A DNA stretch of 63,888 bases, the filler included, from Atractiella rhizophila (taxonomy: Eukaryota), in the NCBI GenBank assembly GCA_021432655.1. It is 5 parts of 5 records of this genome, joined end to end, with 100 filler letters (N's around TTAATTAATTAA, not from the genome) between each part and the next. Parts side by side here need not be neighbours in the genome. Positions count along the whole stretch, not along the records: positions 17,179 to 34,128 come from MU271885.1; positions 34,229 to 51,175 come from MU271886.1; 3 more parts are not named here. One strand, 5' to 3'. The notes below the pieces were generated by a model that was not told the origin of the DNA, ran no database searches, and saw only the letters and a list, made by a program, of their open reading frames with translations. Below are positions 25,278-38,089 of the stretch, in pieces (the first letter of the stretch is position 1; every line of letters starts with the position of its first letter). The position numbers were made by a program, and so were the translations under genes.

Positions 25278-26690
25278 CCCGGTCCGCCTGGTGATGCTGG
25301 TCCTTCCTCTCTCGATTGCCTACTCATGGGTGACGACGGAGAGATTGAGGATCCTAAGCGAGCATTGTCCCATCTGGCGAGCGATGGCAAGAAAGAGCTC
25401 AGGAAGTGGTGAGGAGTAACCGTCTTTCAAGCCGTCCAATAGCTGCGTCGTATGGCCTCCCATTTCTTTCGTCTCTTCGGAGGGTACACTGTCAAATAAA
25501 TTCTTGATAAAGAACAGGTGCGGTGTGGATCTCTCATGCGAGGGTACCGAAGGCGAAGGCGGACACAACGGAGGGTACGAATCCGAAGCTGCCTGTTGTT
25601 GATGTTTGGAGAGGAAGCCACAGGGAGAGATGGATGGAGTGACGGAGATCGAGTTGAGGGGAGCGGAGAGGAGGGTGGAGACTTATCAGGAGTTTTGGAT
25701 CGAGGAAATGGAGCAGAGAGAGGTCGTCGTTGTCGGTTGGAATGTTTTTGGGATGATTGAGAGACTTGATCGAGAACATCACACCTGAATGGTAAAGTAA
25801 CTCCTTACTCCAAAGAATAGCATAAAGCTCATTCGGATTGTTGGGACTGCTTCCCATGAGCCAAGTTGGTGGTTCTCCAACGGTCCAAGATGTACTTCTC
25901 GAACGGTATCCAACTGGAATCATTGAGTCTGCCAGCTCACCAGCGGATGCCTCTCTCTTCAAAATAAACGCCATCAACGGTCTCGTGCTCTCCGTACTCT
26001 GTCTCCGGCTGCCCACTTACACCCATTGCGTGGAAATGCCTCGGCTGGAGGAGTGGCTCCGGCGGCTGCGTGTTCGATGGTAAGGGTGGAGGACAGCGTG
26101 GTGTTGAATCAAGCTACAGATCTATGGGGTTGTGAGGGAGCGAGTGCCATATGTTCAGTTATCGGGGGCGAATGGGGGGAGAGGTGAGCAAGAAGGTGTG
26201 TGTGGGGTGTAAGCCGATGGGAGCGCGTGAGGCGGAGGAGCTAGGGTTGGTCGATCTCGTCCCAGCGCTGGAGAGGAGGAGATGTGGATTTTCATCCGCA
26301 CCTTCATTTCTGAAGGAGGAGGCAGGACGTGATGACCTCCATGGGTGACACGGGATCGAACGCGCCTGCAGAGTCTGGAGGATATGGTTCTTGCCGCTTG
26401 ATAGCTAGCTCCGAAGGAGATAGAGGAGCTGGAACCGTTCGTTGAGCAAGAGATGAGGTCAATGCGCTTGTGCTTTTTAGCCACTGGAGAGAGGAGTGAG
26501 AGGTACCATATCGTAGAAGGAGGTTTGCGAGGAAGATCGTCTCCGAAAGGACGCCTTTGAGGCTGACTAAGCATAGGAGGAGAGCGGGCTGGGAGGAATG
26601 TTGGCTAGTGCGAACGTCGACGTTGAGCCTCAAAGTACAGGAGGTGCGCGATTGAGCTCCGTCAATCCGCTCGAGCGCTTGAGGGTTGAA
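25278..26690 (+). pseudogene. HoxX/HypX-like (formyltransferase + enoyl-CoA hydratase/crotonase fold) pseudogene, 5'-truncated
   Basis: Fragments PGPPGDAGPSSLDCLLMGDDG, TYQEFWI, IIESASSPADASLFKINAIN, GNASAGGVA.AAAC, GSECHMFSYRGRMG, AEELGLVD, RSERYH..RRRFARK..TPLRL.KHRR match the fungal HoxX-like protein pattern as I recall it. There are many frameshifts and deletions. Confidence 0.7.
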
Positions 26691-27120
26691 ACTTACTGCA
26701 ATCTACTTCTAACCACGTTCCCTCCTGTTATATTGTAAAAGGGATACTTGGAAGGATCGGAGACCGATGGTGGCCCTTCAGCAAGAGTCAACCTTTTTAA
26801 GAGCTGTTCAAAGCTTTCGATTGAGATTGAATAATGAACACTGCCAACGGAGTTTCGTACCGAATCTTTGCCAATTTTCGCTTTCGCTTTCGACTGGAAG
26901 TGAATGGAGTTCAAGGAGCAGAAAGGAGCACGCCAGTTTTGGCGCAAACCTCTTTGCAGATTGAGGAGCAAAACCATTTTGAACGCAGCCTTCAGTAACT
27001 GACGCAAGCTTAGAGTGACTAGTTCACCACAATTCCTGCATCTCTCTCTCTTGATAAATACCGTTGGGGTTGCCAGGGCAGGCTTCGAGTAAGGCGAGAG
27101 AGCGGTTACAGAGCGGTGAA

Positions 27121-28624
27121 CTAGGGTGAATTGCATTGGAACGCCAAGGTGTGATGGTTTGAGTAATCTCGAGTTTGTGAATAACCGGGATACATGGGCA
27201 ATTTCCACCTCGTTACCCTGGATCGCCACCTCTTGACTCTGTATTCCGGAGCGTCTTCGCTTCTGTTGTCCTGGGTGAAACCAGCATCGGATGCTTGGCC
27301 TGCCGTCTTCCCTCCTGTCACTTTCTGCTTCCGATCCGTCACCGCCTCGTTTGGCTCTTGAGACTGTTCCTCCTTCTCCTTCATCTCGTCTCCTCTTTCC
27401 CCATCGTTCTCTTCCGTCATACCCACAACAACTCGGATTTCGGGATGCCTGTCAACCAAACGATCGCGGAGAATCTGCTGCTTCTCTGTCTCTGTGAACC
27501 AACCAGTAGTTTCTTAATGTAATCAGCAGTATGGGCAGGAGGCTAAACAACTCACGAAGGTGAACATCTGGAACTTCATCTATACGAAGAAACAATCAGC
27601 TACTAACTTTCCCAAGAAATGGAAGGACATACCTTCGTGCTTCTCAAGGGCACTTTCTGAACAATAAGATGTCATCTCCCTGCTCTCCTCAGACGAAATT
27701 TTGACCGCCAAGGTTGCGGGAATCGGGAAAGTATTTAGCGCGTCAGGTTGAATTCGGGAGTTCTGGATGACGGAATATGCGAAACGAGAATACAGATGAT
27801 GGACCGAGGTACGAGTCGGAAGACTAATCTGACACAAGTGATATTCTGAGACATATGTTTCATCCCAGACGAGGAAGTATGAGACTATCTGTCCATAGAC
27901 AGGTGCGAGAATGTATACGTTCGCATCCATCAAAGTGTGAATGTCGGCTCGCATCGCAAGTCCATTTGATAAGTCGTCGATCCCTGCCGCCACATTGTTC
28001 ACATTGCGTTCTTCCTGCGCATGGTATTTGAACCAATGCTCCTCCCAAGTGGGCACCAAGTGAGCGTTTTGCAAAGCAGAATTAGCCGCTAGAACCCAAT
28101 AAGCCATAGTTACACCAGCAGGAGGAGAACGTACGCCGTGAAGAAACGACACACTTCCCGTCCGATTTTACCGCCTCTGCCATCCAGGCTGCAGGGACAT
28201 TGGTCCGAAGCGGCGGTCTCTCGATGGGTTGTGGTCATGACGCCTCCAAAGCATCTTTCCAATGCGCTGGTGGATCAGGAGGTGGCGTCCATGCCCGAAA
28301 GTGGGTTATGATTTTGTAATTCGGAAGTCCTTCTGAGTAGTAGAAGTATTCGGATCCATCCAGGGTTACCACGGTGGGGCCAATTTGCTCGTCGCTTCCT
28401 CGTTTCTTTAGGTGTCCCCCGAAGTCGTTTGCTAGGATCCTGCAGACATCCAGTGCGAATTTGTGACAAATCCCGAAGTCCAAGGTTCCTGGCAGAGGAT
28501 CCAACTTAGGCAAAGAAATGAGTTTTTGAAGAGGTTCGGGTCGATAGAAAATTACGCGGGTGGGAACTACATATCTTCGTCGGGTTGGAGGTTGTGGTTG
28601 AGGCCTGACGGTAGGGGTCTCCAT
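27121..28624 (-). pseudogene. Fungal HNH endonuclease (HNH_2-type) gene with an in-frame stop
   Basis: DGKCRF, NAHLVP..EEHWF, IDDLSNGLAMRADIHTLMD, HLYSRFAYSV. The reading frame continues through TGA at 28235-28237 (LEAS*PQPIERP). Confidence 0.75.
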
Positions 28625-30268
28625 GCTTCTATGTATGTAGTAAAGAACAAGACGGTGATGCGACTGAGAGGCAAGGTTATGAAGCAGCGTTTCCTGGTTA
28701 TGAGACTCGCCGTAAAGACTACAAAGCCTTTTTTGTTTGAGTTACGTACCAAATCAGTGCCTTTCTCTCAGTTGCTCGTGGTCATTCTCAACCCCCACAA
28801 TCAAGCAAATCTCAACGCGGGTTGGGAGGTAGGCAGGTGACTAAGAAGGTAACGGTTTATGGGTCTCTATTCGCGAGCCCAACAAGAGTTATCGGAAGGC
28901 GGTCATGTAAACGCTTGTTTCCGTCTGGCGTCAATGCCAAGTTTTCTACTCGCACGTTGAAAAGGTGAAATGAAATTTTCAAACGAGGCTAGAAGAGACA
29001 ACACTCGTAAATTAAAATGGCTGCCTTGATGTTTGCTCTGTTCCGGCCTTGCCTATGGGAGGAGTGGCGTAAGTGTTGGGAGGGATGAAGCGGCTCTAGG
29101 CACACCGCGAACGAGGCTGATATAAGGCAGAAAGCCGCCAAGCACACAACCCCGAGAGAGGATTTAAGGAAACGGGGACCTGCTCAAAAAGTAGAGGCAC
29201 GGAGGCAAGGCGAAAAGGCAAGCTGACGCAGATATGAACAACTTAATGTCTTAATGTGTGTCGACTGGGATGGCGCGACCGCACATGGTGTTGGGAAGCG
29301 AGTCACAGCGTTGGGAGATCCCTCCAGCTCTCCTACTCCTTCGTCCTCTCTGCGTACTCCTATAGGACTCGATCTCTGTCAACGCTCTCATCCACGCTCG
29401 CGTCTTCAGCGGATGACAGACACCACTGACGGAGGGAGAGGACACGAGAGAGAGCCGGAGTGAGTGAGGCGTCGGAATGCACTCCATTACCCTCTTAACC
29501 CTCTGCCCTCTTTACAGCCCCTTTCGAGCACTCAGGTGACTCTGCGCCCTCCCTCGTCTGTCGCCGCAGTCGTCACCATTCGCCTTGCTCCGCCGCCACT
29601 TACCAGCCCTCACCCACGCGCGTTTCTCTCTCAGTTTACTGCCTTCTCTTATCCAATGCCAACCTGCAGCTAAGTGAGGAGGATGGACGGAGATCGATAA
29701 GGGAGGCGAACGAACGCAGCAGCAGGGAAAGACGACGTCCCCAGTTCGTCTGCAGCCGCCGCCTCCTTCACCTCTGGCAGACCGCCATACCAGGTCGTCT
29801 ACCATGTGTGTTCTCCATCCATCTCTGTCTGTGTTCGGACATGGACATTGTAGAGGTGGCGGAGGGCGAGAGGCATGTCGGATGACCATGAAGGATAATT
29901 GTGGTTGAAGAACGCTCCTTTCACCTACTGCCGTCCTTACCTTTCCCTCGCTCTCCTCTGGAGATCTACCGTCGTCCACCTTGCGTTGCTAGCCAGAGAC
30001 CGCTAGTATACTTTCAAAGTCTAGTGTCGTCTTGTCTTCAATAATATATTGCATTGTGTTAAAACGAGTTCAATGTAATCACAATAAAGAATATCGACTT
30101 GGTCATTTGTTAGATGCCACATGATAACAGAGAAGAGGATGATGGATACATGACAAGTACAAAGATTCTAGTTAAACAATTAGTTGAGTTATTAATCACA
30201 CATGCACATGGGTTGCCCATTGGCTGATAGTGTTCGAGAATTGCTCGACGGAAAAGCTATCACTTAGG

Positions 30269-31355
30269 TCACCATGCTCCTATTCTAAAGCTGCTAGCTC
30301 CTCCACACTTCGGAACATTGTGATATGCTTGTCCTTCCAATTCCATAGGAGAAGCTTTGGTGGAGCTGTCGACACGCAGATGTCCTGCTGGACAGCAGGC
30401 ACTGCCGTCGTCGAGTTGCTGCTCCGTCTGAGGTGGGCCCATCGAAAGGAGGCTCTTGAATTGGTCGATAGCGATAGATTGACGGTCGAAAGGGGAGATC
30501 AGATGTTGGAGGCCGGGAGATTGAGCCAACAAGATCCACAGCATGGACGGAAGGTAGCACTCGGAGTTTAGGGTGAGCGAAGCAGAGAAAATCAAGCAGG
30601 TCTTCCCCTGAATGGAAAATTTCTCGGAGAAGTCGGTATGGAACAGGTCGTGTATGAATCCATACCTGGCTTTGGTGCTGGCAAATCCACAAGAGAACTG
30701 GCGGCAGGATAAGCGGCATAAGCAGAAGTCACGTCCATAAATCACGCACCTTGTCGACGATTGACCTACACCCTCGGGACTTCTTGCTAAAATCGAGTAC
30801 TGTCGGGGTATCCCCTTTGATATGCTCGTGCATACGCGCTTGAAATTTATGGGACATAGACGGGATTCTCTCATCCATCGTAACTAGATACTTGTCTCGC
30901 CATGAGATGCCATGATCTGGATACAACTCAAGATTCCTTTGCTGTCGGAGAAGTAGAGGCGAGTCGGCATGACCTTTGAAGGTCTTGTAAAGGTCTTTTA
31001 AAACCGGCAACGCCCGAGCACCGAAGCAGGTCAAAGCATCCTCGGCAATACAGATCTCAAGCTGGTGCATGTCCTCCGTGTGGATCATAAACTTCGAGGC
31101 AAGATTGTCGACAGCCCCAGAAACGAGAATATCATCCGTCACACTTGGGCTGTCTAAAAAATTAAACAACTGTTGAGTGAGACGAGGACCCATGTCGGGC
31201 TCTCGAATCGCGGCATATGGAAGAATATGTGGCGTAACCAGCCTTGAGGTGTGGGGTGATTTGTGACTGCTTCTATGGACGCGGGTAATCTTGGGGACAG
31301 GGAAGCGGGTATCCTGAAGAAACTGTTTGAGCCTCACAATTTGGCTTCGCGACAT
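30269..31355 (-). CDS. Hypothetical two-exon protein (lineage-specific)
   Basis: MSRSQIVRLK...IVDK|FSCGF...GAW*, joined by a GTGCGT...CAG intron near 30700-30750; no family recognised. Confidence 0.55.
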
Positions 31356-31719
31356 GCTTAAAGTGAAGATTAGAACCTTTCTTCCTGCATATCTTTTAGC
31401 ATAGGATACAACAGACAATCCCCTGATCAGTATGACGCACCGGGAGGTTTAGCTGAGGACTTGGGTGAGGAGTCAAATGCGTTGTTGTCGTGATCTCGGG
31501 AGTTGCTCCAAGCTTTCGGTTCCGGATATTATCTTTGTCCACCCTTCCTTAGCTTGCCCTTCAGCAGTGCTGCCGTCTTCTTCGTCACCTCTCACAGAGA
31601 TTAAAGATTGCCCCGCCGCTGTCGCCCCGTAACTGGATGGCTCCTTTTGGCGCTCACCCTCGCTCATTCTTGCGTTGGCTCCTCAAGAAGTCGTCAGCGT
31701 CATTATTCATTCACGGTCA

Positions 31720-32070
31720 AGTGTTGTCTCGTCTTCATGTTGCACTCTCTTAAACTCTAAAACGATTTCAATGCACTCACAATGAAGAGTATTTGGGAAA
31801 TCAGTTATTTGATATGAAATGACAAAGAGAAGAGGATGACAGATACTTGACAACTGTTGGGTAGGCGGGGACCATTCCTAGCTCTCGAATAGCGGCGTAA
31901 GGTGGATTCCAATTTGTAGAATTTGCCCAGGGACCGAGCATGACAGCACTCGTTGTTCGCGTGAGAGTCTGATGGTTAGGGAAGCGGGTATGCTGAAGAA
32001 ACTTTTTCAGCCGAAAAACTTGGCTTCGTGACAAAATGCGAAAAGATATACATGCTGTGTCCATGAGACA
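31720..32070 (-). pseudogene. Internally deleted paralog of the 30269-31355 gene
   Basis: LSRSQVFRLKKFLQHTRFP..PYAAIRELGMVP resembles the neighbour's N-terminus; 31720-31860 resembles 30020-30170. Confidence 0.55.
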
Positions 32071-32501
32071 AGCCGTCATGCATAACAAGAATACGCACCT
32101 CAGTCCATTGTAGTATTTGTACTACGTACGACGTTAGTGTCAATGTTGACCTCCGAATACCTAGACGAGTACGATGCAAGCTCAAAATCTTAGGAGTAAG
32201 CTTGTCAACCTCGGGTTGCCTGTGGCAGCACGTGATCTCTACCTCTTTCATGGCACTTGGTCAAATTTGGCGTTGACGAACTTTCGACTTGTGCGACCAT
32301 TCTGACTAAATCCAGCTTCTGTGGAAGGCGTGTGACTTTCACATTTGGCCAGGGCAGGGGTTACGTGGGTTATATAAGCGGTTAAGGTGCGCTAGATCAA
32401 CCTGTTCTGTTGGCTGTGGGAGCTGTGAACTCGTCATGGGGAAGAGGGCTGATGCTCTTTGCTGGGAGCACAGGAGGTCAGAAACTTGACTGCCCACTAC
32501 G

Positions 32502-34128
32502 ATGATAACCCATCGACTGACACCATCCCCTTTCTTTACCGTTCTCGCATTAATCTCGTCCGTTCATATCCACCCCACATCGGCAGAACCCCTCACCATC
32601 TCCCTCAACTCTCCTTCTTTCACCTCTTGCCTTAACACTCGCTCCGAGTTCGCGGCTCCAGCTGAGCAGCGGCTGGAGATCTCCCAGTTCTACGCCACCT
32701 TTGACACAGGACAAACATCACCCGGAGACTCCGGCGATGGGGTACCTGTTGGAGGCCTTTTTGGGGGAATATTGGGGAATGGGAAGAAGGATCTTCTCCG
32801 TCTTGTTGGCGTGGGAACGGTCGGAGCCCAGTCTACTGGTTTTTCGAGCGAAACCAACTTCCTGTCCACGTTTGTTGTCGATAGCTCCGTGCTCAGTTTT
32901 CAGACCTTCAAGAATCAGAGCGCCTTATGCCATTCAATCCGCGAACCTGGATTCACAGGTTCAACAGACGGGGGGGACGCGCTATCTGGATGCCCCTACG
33001 GTCCAGGCGATATTGCAGTGGGAGTTACCATCCCGCTCGATTATTCGTATCCTTTAACCACCATCAACTCACGCTTCTCCGTCCTCGATACGAGTACACC
33101 TCCTCTCACACTCGCATGTTGGAATGTCGCCGTCACGCCTTATTATCCGCATGGGTATTACTACAAGCTCATCCTCTGGCTGCCAGTTTCCCTCGTCATC
33201 TGCTACTCCATTCTTCTCATTTCCGCTCGCGTTTACGCCGCCTACACATCTCTCCTCAGCGAACGAGAAACATTTCTAGCTGCTTCAGACGATGTTCAAC
33301 AACAAGCAGATCAAGGAAGTAAGGTTGGAACGGTTTGGTGGAGAGCTTGGAGTGGCTTTGGGTTACAGGATAGCGGCAGTCTCCTCAGATTTGAGACGCC
33401 TGGGGTGTTGGATATCTGGGGTGCGGTCATTTGGACGTGGATGTTGGGCACTGTCGCCGTCAACTGGCCTGGCTTTGTCTGTACGTTGACGCGACTCTCT
33501 TATACGTCTCTCATCAACGTATCGCAGATCCAATCCTTGCTCAAGTGTCCTGGTCTGCACTCCTCTTTAGTACAGCTCTCTTTCCTTCTCTCTCCTTCTG
33601 GTGACGATAGTTTACTGCAGATACAAGCCTCCCTACGGATCGGGAGAAATTGCAAGATCCCCTTGTTACGAGCTACAACCCTCCTTCAGGATACGTCACC
33701 CAATTCAACGACCCCTCCTCCCCAATATACATCGCACCAGATGTTCCTAACGTGCTCTCCAATATCGGTGTTGACGGTTCTATATCCACCCATGGCATTA
33801 GCAATTTTGCTTATGCGATTGGCCTTCGTCCAGAGGATCTATTCCCAACAGCCATAACCTTCTGGCTCATCCTTGTCGGCGCTGCCATCGTCCTCAGCAT
33901 TGGCGGTTACGTCATCCGTTTCGTCCATCAAAGAGTCACGAAAGGTGGGGACAGTGGCAGGCGACGAGATTCGACAGAATCCGATGGCTCGCAGAGACCC
34001 GCCCCAATCCCTCTGCAAGGTGGTATGAGGAAAGAACACTCGGACGGGTCTATCATGGCTGCGTTCAGCACGGATGTTCTACCATATGGATCGAATTCGT
34101 TGGGTGGTAGTAAGGCATTTGAACCAAA
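32502..34128 (+). CDS. TRP-like (FLC/Pkd2-family) membrane protein with an N-terminal ML-like domain; 3' end cut by contig end
   Basis: Signal peptide, CPYGPGD..YSYPLTTI..LDTS..LAC, LLRFETPG, VAVNWPGFV|YPI, GISNFAYAIG, and several TM helices. Confidence 0.7.
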
Positions 34129-34228
34129 NNNNNNNNNNNNNNNNNNNNNNNNNNNNNNNNNNNNNNNNNNNNTTAATTAATTAANNNNNNNNNNNNNNNN
34201 NNNNNNNNNNNNNNNNNNNNNNNNNNNN
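34129..34228. other. Artificial contig spacer
   Basis: N run containing TTAATTAATTAA. Confidence 0.97.
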
Positions 34229-34924
34229 AGAAGAAGCACCAAGGGCAATGCTACAAAACAGTTACCCTTAGCAAGACTTCTAAGAAGGGACCAACCTGTA
34301 TGTGTTCAGCTGTGACAAAACAGCCAAACCTCCTGAGAGCTGTAAGGCGAGAAAGCTCCAAGCTTTTTGGTAGCTTAGCTGCCCTGCAGCGAGAGGGCGC
34401 CCCTTCGTCCGCGCTACATAGAGTATTCGATGAGCCTTCATCGAAACTGGTCAGTAAGGGACATACCGACCTTCGCGTCTATCCCCGAGTCCCACATGTC
34501 GTTGATGGTGCATCCTGCTCCTCGCATAATGACAGCTTCGTTGCGATAACATTAGTAGCCGCTTGGTTAAGCAAAAGAAGCGAACATACCTCCAAATCCG
34601 AACAAAGCAAGATTCCCCAACCACACGGATGGCGGGGCGTGAGATGAATAACACGCCATGGAGATTCCCCAAGCTACAACCATCTTAAGTACGCGTATAA
34701 GGAAAAAAACGTTTCATACTACAAGGAAGATAAAGCAGCCATGTTCCTATGGGTTTGTCCAGCCGCGCCAGCTCGAAATAGGGCTTCAGACCATGGAGGC
34801 GTGCGGGGAGTGTGAAAGAGCGTCGGGTCGTAGCATGCCTGAAAAGTGGGGATGAGTAGTTTAAGTGCGGTCGCGCACCGTTGTGAAAAGAATGGAGTGA
34901 AGTCCTAAGAGCCAGTCTGCTCAT
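34229..34924 (-). CDS. COQ2: 4-hydroxybenzoate polyprenyltransferase (UbiA family), 5' part
   Basis: Mitochondrial-targeting-like N-terminus, [49 protein letters not shown]. Confidence 0.93.
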
Positions 34925-35217
34925 GATACGATAGTTGTAGTTGAGTTGTTGTAATCATGTTCGATTAACAACATCACACCAGACTCAACCATTTCTAGCC
35001 TACGTTTGTAGCTGCTATATAAACCCAAGAATGTCCATGAGTTGATGACGGATAGTGAAGCTGTCGCCTTCAGGGAATCGTGTGAACACAACTGGAAAGC
35101 CCCTAAGATCCCGTGAAACTATGACAAGATATGATACGGATGAACAATAATATTACAAATCCTGGGAACCACATTACAGCTGAGAGAAACAGAAACCAAA
35201 GACGATATTCACCGAGT

Positions 35218-36973
35218 TTAGTTATCTAAGAGTAGACAGCTGGATTCGAGCAGTCTTTTAACTTTGTGACCCCTGATCTTATCATTCAGCAACTCAAGAG
35301 TAATAACTACCTCCTGCATACTCCCCTGATTATTTCTCCAGCATGAAAGACCGCTCGCCTCCAGTGCCATGGCGACGTCGTCGGGGCGTAGACCCAATGC
35401 CTTCCCAATTCCTTCAATGGTGAACGTTGTTTCAAAAGATTCTGGCTCCGGTCTGGCCTCTTGCGTCAACGGGGTCACCTTTTTCTGTCGAACAAATGGT
35501 CATTCACAAGAGCCTACAAGACAGCCAAAGAGGGAGATGCTTACAGATCGTTTTGATGCGGCCTTCTGCGGCAATGACGCAAGCTTGCCTGAAAACCCTT
35601 CGTTGGCAAGTGTCGTTCGCAAAAATTCCAGAACCTCTGTGGACCAAAACGCCAGATAGGCACGTAATCCGAGCTCTGAAAGCGGCCGCTCTGGTGTGCC
35701 CGCTACGCCAGGTTGTCTTTTAGATAGTTCATAACCTGTAGCAATATCAAACGCAGCCAGCCATTTGTACTAGAGGCGCACTGAATTCAATCAACATAGT
35801 TCCATAACTTCTGCCCTGGAACGGTGGGAAAATCACGATGCATGCCAGGTTATAATTGTCATACGATTCTTTCTCCTGTCAAATGGGTCAGGATTTGAAT
35901 ATTAGCCGAGCGTTGATCTACCTTGGAAAAGTAACCCAATGGCCAATCACAGGATCCTATTGATTCAGTCAAAATGTAAAACTATGATAAATCAGTGATT
36001 AGCTTAGGAATGTTTGAAAGAGCTATGCTGACCTTAAATCCTTCAACATCAAAGAACACGTATTTATGGTCGATAAACAGTTTTCCAAAAAGGCACAAGC
36101 ATTGACAGTATAGCTGACGGGCAAGTAAACATGGAAATATTGATTGGTGGACAGGGATATACCTTATTCACAGCTCCGTCAACTTCCCAGATGATGTGGG
36201 CACCATTCTGATAGACCTTCTTGCCTGGAGGATGCATATGATTGCAGCTTTTCTTCGCGCGCAGAATGTGAGATATCAGCCATAAACAGTAAACAGTTAC
36301 TCACACGATGAGCCGAATACTGTGAAGGCAAGGTGAAATACGCGAAGCATCCCCCGCAAACAAAAAGTTTGTCGATTGTTGGCTCGAATGCTCCTCCTCT
36401 TGTCACTTGGGGGACCTGAGATACTACGCCGCCGCTCAATGCGCGCATTTCGCGAGACATACGAGTCCCGCCAGTATTTACCCGAACACTCCCCTTTGAA
36501 ACAGACTTCCCATCTCCGTCATGAGAGAGCGGTTCCTCAGGAACTGACTGATATTGAGTGTTGCAAAATTGTTGAAGCATTCCGCGTACCGCTCACTGTA
36601 GCATCAGTTTCTGCAGCAGATCCTCGCGTCCCAGCGGTTGTAGAAGCGGAATGTAGCGCAGATGCCTTCTGCGTTTGTGCCCGCGATGAATCTGAGTAAC
36701 AACGTAAGAGCTAGTAGCGAAAAGGGGATGCAAACTTACTCGCTCCTCCAGTTTTAGAAGAGTACTCCTTTGCCAGAACAATATCTTCTTCCTGAAAAGG
36801 GAATGGAGATGGGTACCACGTAAAAAAGATATATGAGCACTGTTGACAATATCAGCTTTATCTGGTGGGATGCGAATTCCCACGTAGAAGACAGTATTGA
36901 TGCAATGATGCAAATGTGATTCTGGGTTTGATGAAGTCTGCAAATTGGTTTCCATTGACTGGGCAGCAGCCAT
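35218..36973 (-). CDS. MYST-family histone acetyltransferase (Sas2-like)
   Basis: TWYPSPFP, LFVCGGCFAY, HPPGKKVY, WEVDG, LFGKLFIDHK, GYFSKEK, NYNLACI..PPFQ..YG, FSYELS, GTPERPLSELG. Confidence 0.9.
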
Positions 36974-37024
36974 TTTCGTGTTGACGCGACGCGCGATGAA
37001 CAAGAGGCAATGAGATATAGAGGG

Positions 37025-37036
37025 AACCCTAACCCT
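37025..37036. promoter_or_regulatory. Telomere-repeat-like motif (AACCCTAACCCT) in a short bidirectional promoter
   Basis: Lies in the 154-bp gap between the divergent HAT and eIF1A start codons. Confidence 0.45.
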
Positions 37037-37127
37037 GATGATGAAAAGAGAATCGATCTGATCTCCTCCTTTGGTTGACGAATTGAATCGACGATTTTTC
37101 TGCAGGACCTAAAATAATCAGGAAATC

Positions 37128-37966
37128 ATGCCAAAGGTAATGTTACGGTCTCTTTCTTACTTGATTGTTACTTACATTCTTTTAGAACAAAGGAAAGGTC
37201 GGTTCCTGCCTTCGAGTCACCTGCTCGTTAGGAGCTGACAGCTGCTCAAGGGTGGCAAAAACAGACGAAGGGGAAAGAATGAGAATGAGTCTGAAAAGCG
37301 AGAACTTGTATTCAAGGAGGATGGTCAAGGTACCCCAACTTCTGGCGTGATCGCTTCCTTCTAGCCTAATTTCTCCGCCAGAATATGCCCAAGTGACAAA
37401 GATGTTGGGAAACGGGCGCTTGGAAGCATTCTGCTTTGATGGTGAGAAACGTTTAGCCCATATTCGAGGGAAAATGCGTAAGAAGGTTAGCTTTCTTCGT
37501 TCGTCATTGTGGTCACTGGTCGCTCATCATGGTTGCCTTGCTAGGTTTGGATCAACCAAGGAGACATCATTCTCCTGTCTCTCCGAGATTTCCAAGACGG
37601 CAAAGCCGACGTAATCCAGAAGTACTCATCTGATGAGGCTAGAAATCTCAAAGCTTATGGAGAATTGCCCGAAACTGGTTTGCTTTCTTTAGTGGGATCG
37701 ACTTCTACTAACAACAACCTGTAGCCAAAATCAATGAAACGGATACTTTCGGCCCAGAGGTAGATATTTCATTTGTTCATCGTGTTATCAAACTTACTGA
37801 CTCCGAATAGGACGAGGAATGCAACTTCGAGGTGAGTGCATCTGATCGCTTAGACCTTTCTGACATTATCCTCTTCCTTTCAGTTCGAGGAGCAAGGTAT
37901 GTGCATCGTCTCTCCACGGGTCCTTCTACTAACAGCTACCCTCCTTTAGACATTGATGATATTTAG
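37128..37966 (+). CDS. TIF11: Translation initiation factor eIF1A (9 exons)
   Basis: [62 protein letters not shown]. Confidence 0.96.
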
Positions 37967-38089
37967 ACTGTCGTTGTCTGCCCTTCTGTGTTCTGTGTCC
38001 TTTGTACAGTAGTGACTTTGTTTGTATCTGCCACAATCCAAGTAGGAGATGCACCATCAGCATCAAAATAGAATTACACTTGCACCAAT

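Noticed and set aside
29251..29979. GC-rich short ORFs on both strands
   Set aside because: They are low-complexity with no family signal, and I could not support a gene model.
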